Shown here: in pieces, positions 26,376-32,000 of the stretch | Position numbering within the stretch: the stretch's first letter is position 1 | Layout of the letters: each line of letters begins with the position of its first letter | Notes under the pieces: model-generated | Databases searched by the model: none | What the model saw: the letters and a program-made list of their open reading frames with translations, nothing else | Told to the model about the DNA's origin: nothing | Program-made: the position numbers and the translations under genes | Source: Paramicrosporidium saccamoebae KSL3 | Taxonomy: Eukaryota; Fungi; Cryptomycota | NCBI GenBank assembly: GCA_002794465.1 | Contig: MTSL01000114.1 | Coordinates: 6,829 to 38,828 of the forward strand | Reading direction: 5' to 3' | DNA: 32,000 nt

Positions 26376-29303
26376 ATGTCATTTTCGGATAAAAGCCGCG
26401 TTGAATCCCTCACCCCGTTTCCCAGCAGCGTTCCTTTTACGGATGCACGTCGACTGGAGTACTGGACTGCCCAGAAGACGCGTCAAACGTTCTTGGACTA
26501 TTTTGTGGAGGCCTGTGGCCACAGCTTTGTTCCGAGCAGTGCAACCATCCCACACGACGATCCAACGCTCCTTTTCGCCAATTCGGGAATGGCGCAGTTC
26601 AAGACCATTTTCCAGGGAGTTATTGACCCAGCTGCACCTTTTGCCAAGCTGAAGAGGGCGGCAAATTCGCAAAAATGCATTCGTGCAGGAGGAAAGCATA
26701 ATGACCTGGAGGATGTTGGCAAGGACGTGTATCACCACACTTTCTTTGAAATGTTGGGAAATTGGTCTTTTGGAGACTATTTTAAGAAGGAAGCAATTTC
26801 CATGGCCTGGGAACTCTTGACCACAGTGTATGGACTCCCCAAAGAGCGTCTCTATGTGACCTACTTTGGAGGAGACGAGCGATGCAACCTTCCTGCCGAT
26901 TTGGAGGCAAAACAGCTTTGGATGGAGGCTGGTGTTGCCGAAGAACGTGTTCTTCCCTTTGGAATGAAGGAGAATTTCTGGGAAATGGGAGAGTCTGGAC
27001 CCTGTGGACCATGCTCAGAAATCCATTTTGATCGGATTGGTGGACGCGATGCCTCGGCTATGGTGAATATGGATGATCCTGATGTCCTTGAGATATGGAA
27101 CTTGGTTTTCATGCAATTTAACCGTGAACTTGATGGATCCCTCCGCTCTCTTCCCAACAAACATGTAGACACGGGAATGGGTTTTGAACGCGTCCTCTCT
27201 GTCCTCCAAAATAAGCGCTCAAATTATGACACTGACGTCTTTATGCCCATCTTTGCTGAGATTGAGCAGCGTTCCGGTTGTCGTCCATACAGTGGAAAGG
27301 TAGGAAGAAGCGAAGATGTGGACGGCATTGACATGGCATATCGTGTCATTGCTGATCACATCCGCACTTTGACATTCTCCATCTCTGATGGCGGTTGTCC
27401 TTCCAACGATGGTCGTGGCTACGTCCTCCGTCGAATTCTACGTCGTGCTGTCCGCTATTCCCACGACAAGTTGAAGGCTTCCCCAGGCTTCTTTGCCAGC
27501 CTCGTTGACATTGTTGTTGAGCGTTTTGGCGATGCATTCCCCGAGATTAAAAAGTCACCAGAGTTGGTCAAGGAGCTTTTGTTAGAGGAAGAGACTCAAT
27601 TCCGCAAGACCTTGGAACGCGGTTTGGTTCAATTTGGCAAATTCTCAAAGACTGCCAAGGACGGCGTTCTTTCTGGCTCTGATGTCTGGAGACTTTATGA
27701 CACTTATGGCTTCCCTGTGGATTTGACACGTCTGATGGCAGAAGAGGCAAACTTGAGAATTGACGAAGACGGCTTCCTGGTGGCCCAAAGCACTGCCAAG
27801 GAGCTGAGTCGCGCTGGAAAACACTCTGACTCTGACAACCCCCTTAACAAGGTGACCATTGATGTCCATTTGGCCAGTGATTTGGAGAAGAAACACACGA
27901 CACCCATCACTGATGATTCCTTCAAATATACCGACTCTATTGTTGAGGCCAAAATTGTCGGTTTAATTTCCGAGGGTGAAGTAGTCTCTTCCCTTCCGTC
28001 AACATCTGACGTGAAATATTTTGGAGTGTTGCTGGATCGTACCAACTTTTATGCCGAATCGGGAGGACAAGTTTATGATGAGGGAGTGATCACTGGAGCT
28101 GACGGACAAATGGAATTTGCCGTCGAGGCCGTCCAATCATATGGTGGATATGTTCTGCATGTGGGTTACCTTAAATATGGTGGGATCTCTGTTGGAGAGA
28201 ATGTCATTGCCACCTTTGATGAAACGAGACGGCGTCCCCTTCGTCATAATCACACTGCAACCCATTTGCTCAATTACGCAATCGGAAACGTAATGACTGA
28301 ACAGAATCCAGACCAGAAGGGCTCCCTTGTGGCTCCTGATCGTCTCCGCTTTGATTTCAACTCTACCAAGGCTCCTTCCAGTGAACAAGTTGAACAGATT
28401 GAGTCGATTGTAAACGGATTCATTGAAAAGAACTTTGAAGTATCCACTATGCCACTTCCCCTGGAGCAGGCAATGGCACTTCCCGGTCTTAGAGCAGTCT
28501 TTGGTGAGACTTATCCCGATCCAGTGCGCGTAGTCTGCGTGGGTGCTCCACTTTCTCAAGTCCTCGCCAACCCCACCGATGATCGCTGGAAAGACGTGTC
28601 AGTAGAGCTATGCGGCGGTACACATGTCAAGAGGAGCAGCGACATTAAAAAGTTTTTGATTCTCACCGAATCGGCCATCGCCAAGGGAATCCGTCGCATT
28701 GTCGCTGTGACTGGAGAAGAGGCTGTCAAGGCCCAACAGCTGTCACGTGAACTCGATGGTCGTCTGGAGGCCATTAGCAGGAAGAGCATTATGGACGAGG
28801 AAGCTATAAAGTCACTTTCCAAAGACGTCGATGAGGCTGCCATTTCCCTTTTGGAGAAGAATAGACTCCGTGATGGAGTTGCAGCTGTGCGACAAAAGAT
28901 GGTGGATGCAGACAAGGCAGTCCGTCTGACACAATCTCGTCTTGCTCTCGACACTGTTGCGCCCTTCCTGGAATCCACTGCCCATCCCGTTGTGGTGAAG
29001 CGTATTGACGTTGGTGACAACGGAAAGGCTCTTCTGGACGCCCTGAATGCTCTTAAGAAAGCGGGACATTCTGGTCTCTTGTATTCTGTGGACCAGCAGT
29101 CTGGAAAGATTCATTACTACAGCGTCGTGGCCGAGCAACACAAGTCGCTGGATGCGTCGGAATGGGCAAAGGTCTTTGGAGAGCCGCTCGAGGGACGATC
29201 AGGCGGCAGAGCACTTGCTGCCCAAGGAAGTGCTCCCATGCGGGATTGTGCTGATGCTGAAAGGTTGGCCTTGGAATTTGCATCCATCAAGGTCAGAGAC
29301 TAA
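26376..29303 (+). CDS. ALA1: Alanyl-tRNA synthetase (cytosolic AUG form; probable non-AUG mitochondrial extension from ~26319)
   Basis: DDPTLLFANSGMAQFK, HHTFFEMLGNWSFGDYFK, DTGMGFERV, editing motifs HTATHLL and ELCGGTH, C-Ala domain GGR..AAQG. Confidence 0.96.
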   Translation: MSFSDKSRVESLTPFPSSVPFTDARRLEYWTAQKTRQTFLDYFVEACGHSFVPSSATIPHDDPTLLFANSGMAQFKTIFQGVIDPAAPFAKLKRAANSQKCIRAGGKHNDLEDVGKDVYHHTFFEMLGNWSFGDYFKKEAISMAWELLTTVYGLPKERLYVTYFGGDERCNLPADLEAKQLWMEAGVAEERVLPFGMKENFWEMGESGPCGPCSEIHFDRIGGRDASAMVNMDDPDVLEIWNLVFMQFNRELDGSLRSLPNKHVDTGMGFERVLSVLQNKRSNYDTDVFMPIFAEIEQRSGCRPYSGKVGRSEDVDGIDMAYRVIADHIRTLTFSISDGGCPSNDGRGYVLRRILRRAVRYSHDKLKASPGFFASLVDIVVERFGDAFPEIKKSPELVKELLLEEETQFRKTLERGLVQFGKFSKTAKDGVLSGSDVWRLYDTYGFPVDLTRLMAEEANLRIDEDGFLVAQSTAKELSRAGKHSDSDNPLNKVTIDVHLASDLEKKHTTPITDDSFKYTDSIVEAKIVGLISEGEVVSSLPSTSDVKYFGVLLDRTNFYAESGGQVYDEGVITGADGQMEFAVEAVQSYGGYVLHVGYLKYGGISVGENVIATFDETRRRPLRHNHTATHLLNYAIGNVMTEQNPDQKGSLVAPDRLRFDFNSTKAPSSEQVEQIESIVNGFIEKNFEVSTMPLPLEQAMALPGLRAVFGETYPDPVRVVCVGAPLSQVLANPTDDRWKDVSVELCGGTHVKRSSDIKKFLILTESAIAKGIRRIVAVTGEEAVKAQQLSRELDGRLEAISRKSIMDEEAIKSLSKDVDEAAISLLEKNRLRDGVAAVRQKMVDADKAVRLTQSRLALDTVAPFLESTAHPVVVKRIDVGDNGKALLDALNALKKAGHSGLLYSVDQQSGKIHYYSVVAEQHKSLDASEWAKVFGEPLEGRSGGRALAAQGSAPMRDCADAERLALEFASIKVRD

Positions 29304-29494
29304 GTTCTAGTTACACACGAGTTACTATACATCAAACCAATAAAGGGTGTTAAAGGTCGAGTAAAAGGATTGACGCCGATGCCATTTTATTGATATTGTC
29401 ACCAGAGGACTACAGGTTGACCCGTTTCAATGCGCTCTGGAACGACCAACTTGTTCCCAGCTGCGCTCTTATTGGTCGCCTGATGTTGGCCTTC

Positions 29495-29553
29495 TGGCCA
29501 ATCATATGCGCTACAGAAGAAATCGACTGGCAGTCTTTCGATATGATTGGCCA
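29495..29553. promoter_or_regulatory. Perfect 13-bp inverted repeat carrying two opposed CCAAT boxes, upstream of a secreted-protein gene
   Basis: TGGCCAATCATAT (29495-29507) ... ATATGATTGGCCA (29541-29553), 33-nt spacer. Confidence 0.6.
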
Positions 29554-29630
29554 AGCCGCGACTCGTTGGCCATGATGTCCACCGACAGGAATAAAACCCT
29601 GCCGTGCGGTCCAGGGGTCGATACTGAACG

Positions 29631-31157
29631 ATGAACATTACTGCTGCTGCCCTCTTTGCGCTCGTTAGTGCCGTGACAGCCTCCAAGTTCAACCTTGAAA
29701 AGGCTAACGAGGCCGAAATACTTGCTTCTCAACTGAATGAGCTTCATGGTCTGGAGGTCTACCCCAAGTTGGAACGTACTCTGTTCAACCTTCCCGAAAA
29801 CTATGATACTATTGTCGCACTGTCAGGGTACTTCCCGGAGCTTAAGAATGTCCGTGAAGCTGCAGATCTTGATGCTGAAATCATCAGAATCTTGAAGAAA
29901 AGCGCTGCCCCAGCTGCTCATCCTATTATTGATGAGAACTTGAAGCGCAATCCCAAATTGGCCATTAAGGAACTCGTAGAAACCATGAACAGCGGAAACA
30001 AAAGTTTGGTTAATACCGTGACTCTTATTACGGCCGACCCTGATCAAGTTTCTGTCAATGCTATAGGCGCGAAATTCCCTGAGATTCTCAAGGCAGTCGA
30101 TTCTAGTTTTTTCGCCTTTGACGACATCTTTAACTATGCTACCACCCCTCTAGCTAAGCGGCAGGTTCAAAAGGTCGATGATAATGACCGAAAGAGCATT
30201 CTGAGATTGCTTCATAAAGCTGTCATCTCCGCCGCGCCTGGTGCTACCGCTAACCAGATTCATGCCGCAGTTCTTGAGGATATTGTTAAACTTGCCCCTA
30301 CTCTTCCCTCCGCGCCTGTACCAGCACGTGATCCGTTCTACCAATTAGCTGAAGGTTTGCGCAAACGTGAGGCTTCCTTTGCGACTCTCAGTGCAGGTAA
30401 TGCCAAGGCGGAGTTTTCAAGAATCGTCCTTGCCCACACCACCCCTAAGTACGCCAACCTCATCAAGAGCAAATTGACGTCTAATCCCGAGCAAGTTGCC
30501 AAGCGCATACTCGATAAAGTCAATTCCGGGCCTACAACCTCTCCCATTAGCGACGTTGCCTTTGAGATTGTGATTGAGGAAGTTATGCAACATCTTAAGG
30601 CTGCCGATGGCGTCTTGGCTTCGATCCCTACTGACAGCATCGCAAAGGCCAATGCTTTCATTCGCGCAGCGATAGTAAAGACTGTTACTGATGACGACTT
30701 GAAAGCTGCCGTAAATCGAAGAGTCGTGAATACGGGTCTTGCTGAAACGTGCGCTGGATTCCTTGGATTCCCTGCCGACGCCAAGAATCGCCGTGCTGCT
30801 AAAGACATTAAGGCGGCGCTGGAGAAAACCCGTGAAGAGGCTTTGACCAAGGCTATTAAGAGTGATCTTGCCGCGATTTCGTCTAAAGCCGGAAGAATGT
30901 TCTCCCCAGGCACCAGTGGCAAATCCTTCGAGGATTATGTTCATACGCCATTGATAAAACCTATTGTGGACGGCCTTCCGAGCAACACTCCCAAAAGAGC
31001 AACCTTCAAGACGGATGTTGAGGCATATTTGAAAGCCAATCCATTGGTCTTGACTGATATGGTTCTCCAAGAACTCAACAAGCCCGCCACCATTAAAACT
31101 TTGGCCCAAGCTTTGGGCGCAGTGAGAACCGAAATTCTCAACTGGAACTTTAACTAA
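29631..31157 (+). CDS. Orphan secreted alpha-helical protein (508 aa)
   Basis: Signal MNITAAALFALVSAVTA|S; Ala/Lys-rich, one Cys, no TM segment, intronless. Confidence 0.85.
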   Translation: MNITAAALFALVSAVTASKFNLEKANEAEILASQLNELHGLEVYPKLERTLFNLPENYDTIVALSGYFPELKNVREAADLDAEIIRILKKSAAPAAHPIIDENLKRNPKLAIKELVETMNSGNKSLVNTVTLITADPDQVSVNAIGAKFPEILKAVDSSFFAFDDIFNYATTPLAKRQVQKVDDNDRKSILRLLHKAVISAAPGATANQIHAAVLEDIVKLAPTLPSAPVPARDPFYQLAEGLRKREASFATLSAGNAKAEFSRIVLAHTTPKYANLIKSKLTSNPEQVAKRILDKVNSGPTTSPISDVAFEIVIEEVMQHLKAADGVLASIPTDSIAKANAFIRAAIVKTVTDDDLKAAVNRRVVNTGLAETCAGFLGFPADAKNRRAAKDIKAALEKTREEALTKAIKSDLAAISSKAGRMFSPGTSGKSFEDYVHTPLIKPIVDGLPSNTPKRATFKTDVEAYLKANPLVLTDMVLQELNKPATIKTLAQALGAVRTEILNWNFN

Positions 31158-31269
31158 TGCAACACAAGCACAATCGCCACTAGAGTAGATGAACTAGACC
31201 CAAGGAATACAATCTAACTATAAACGTACAATAGACATAAGGGGGTGTTTTACTACAGATTCTGATCAT

Positions 31270-31929
31270 CTAGAGAAACTTGACGATCGACAGATAGAAC
31301 AGATAAAAGCATGGCATCAGGGCAGAGAGGAAACAAAAGACACGTCCACGGTGCATATCCAGGGCGTAGCTGATGACATACATTTTGCGGGCGGTGAGGA
31401 AATAGGTGACCATCTCCAAGACTTTGTCGTCGGCGATCCCGGCATTCCAAGAGACCATCACTGAGGCGAGCAGAAGGATAAAGGCCTCAATGTTGTTGCT
31501 CTGAGAATGATAGAGACGGGTAGAGACGCCGCCCAGGGCAGACCGTTGTTCACGGGGACGACTCAATTCCATGCAACGACCGGCTGCCAAGATGGCCATA
31601 AAGGGCATTATTACGGTCATCAAGAGGAAGGTGACTAGTGCATACCATGCAATTGCCAAATACGTCAAAGCACGGGCCTTTAGCGCTCCCAATCCCAGGG
31701 GTGTGAGATAGAGTTTTGTGGCCATGGGACAAACAAACTTGGTAATCAGACCGAAGCGGAGAGTGGCCAAGAAAACAGCCACCACTCCGAGGGCGAGGAT
31801 GGTGTGCAAAGCGAGCGTCTCTGAGACATGTTTAGTCGTCGGACTCACTTTGGAGCGGCCGCCCTTTGATTCGGTCGTTGATTTGCGGGGAGTGGCACGG
31901 CGGGCAGGTGATCGGGAACGGCCGGCCAT
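31270..31929 (-). CDS. MAPEG-family membrane protein (microsomal GST-like) with a basic N-terminal extension
   Basis: TM helices and motif RLYHSQSNNIEAFILL...FLTARKMYVISYAL (the family H/RxxxNxxE...RxxH/Y pattern). Confidence 0.7.
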   Translation of the reverse strand: MAGRSRSPARRATPRKSTTESKGGRSKVSPTTKHVSETLALHTILALGVVAVFLATLRFGLITKFVCPMATKLYLTPLGLGALKARALTYLAIAWYALVTFLLMTVIMPFMAILAAGRCMELSRPREQRSALGGVSTRLYHSQSNNIEAFILLLASVMVSWNAGIADDKVLEMVTYFLTARKMYVISYALDMHRGRVFCFLSALMPCFYLFYLSIVKFL

Positions 31930-32000
31930 GTTTAGCCCGCCAGGGCAATTCCCGCCTTTTCTCTCATTGGTTTGTTTGGATCTACAAAGTCCGGGGGGGG

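Noticed and set aside
26266-26376. 36-codon uORF ending in a TAATG stop-start overlap with the AlaRS ATG
   Set aside because: It most likely begins upstream of the TSS. It is the +1 shadow of the presequence region, so coupling is unsupported without TSS data.
30338-31109. Minus-strand 194-aa and 230-aa ORFs
   Set aside because: Antisense to the 508-aa secreted gene with no independent features.
1-32000. CRISPR array, rRNA, or transposase/RT genes
   Set aside because: No regularly spaced repeat-spacer array, rRNA signature or transposase/reverse-transcriptase motif seen; the sequence is eukaryotic.

Overview
Very compact eukaryotic genome segment from a fungal-lineage organism. Gene density, ultra-short introns, retained respiratory/mitochondrial genes and orphan secreted proteins suggest an early-diverging Rozellomycota/microsporidia relative such as Paramicrosporidium; this taxon call is inference. 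I find about 23 protein-coding genes: ABCG (partial), VPS45, RQT4-like, TFIIIC-sub6-like, Tim17-family, AFG3, ABC1/ADCK kinase, RPB6, NUP82, SerRS, YbeY, LSM12, PLAC8, VPS36, COX6B, GST-zeta, SLD5, AlaRS, MAPEG, one hypothetical and four orphan signal-peptide proteins. There are 3 tRNAs and 18 GT-AG introns of only 29-38 nt reconstructed by hand. The most notable items are: (1) an AUG-less in-frame mitochondrial presequence upstream of AlaRS, implying non-AUG initiation; (2) a tRNA-Arg/tRNA-Ile dicistron; (3) a four-copy ~120-bp dispersed intergenic element plus related hairpin and box modules; (4) orphan secreted/surface proteins, two or three of them with CCAAT-clustered promoters; (5) head-to-head genes whose start codons touch or overlap. 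All alignments were done by eye and no database searches were run.
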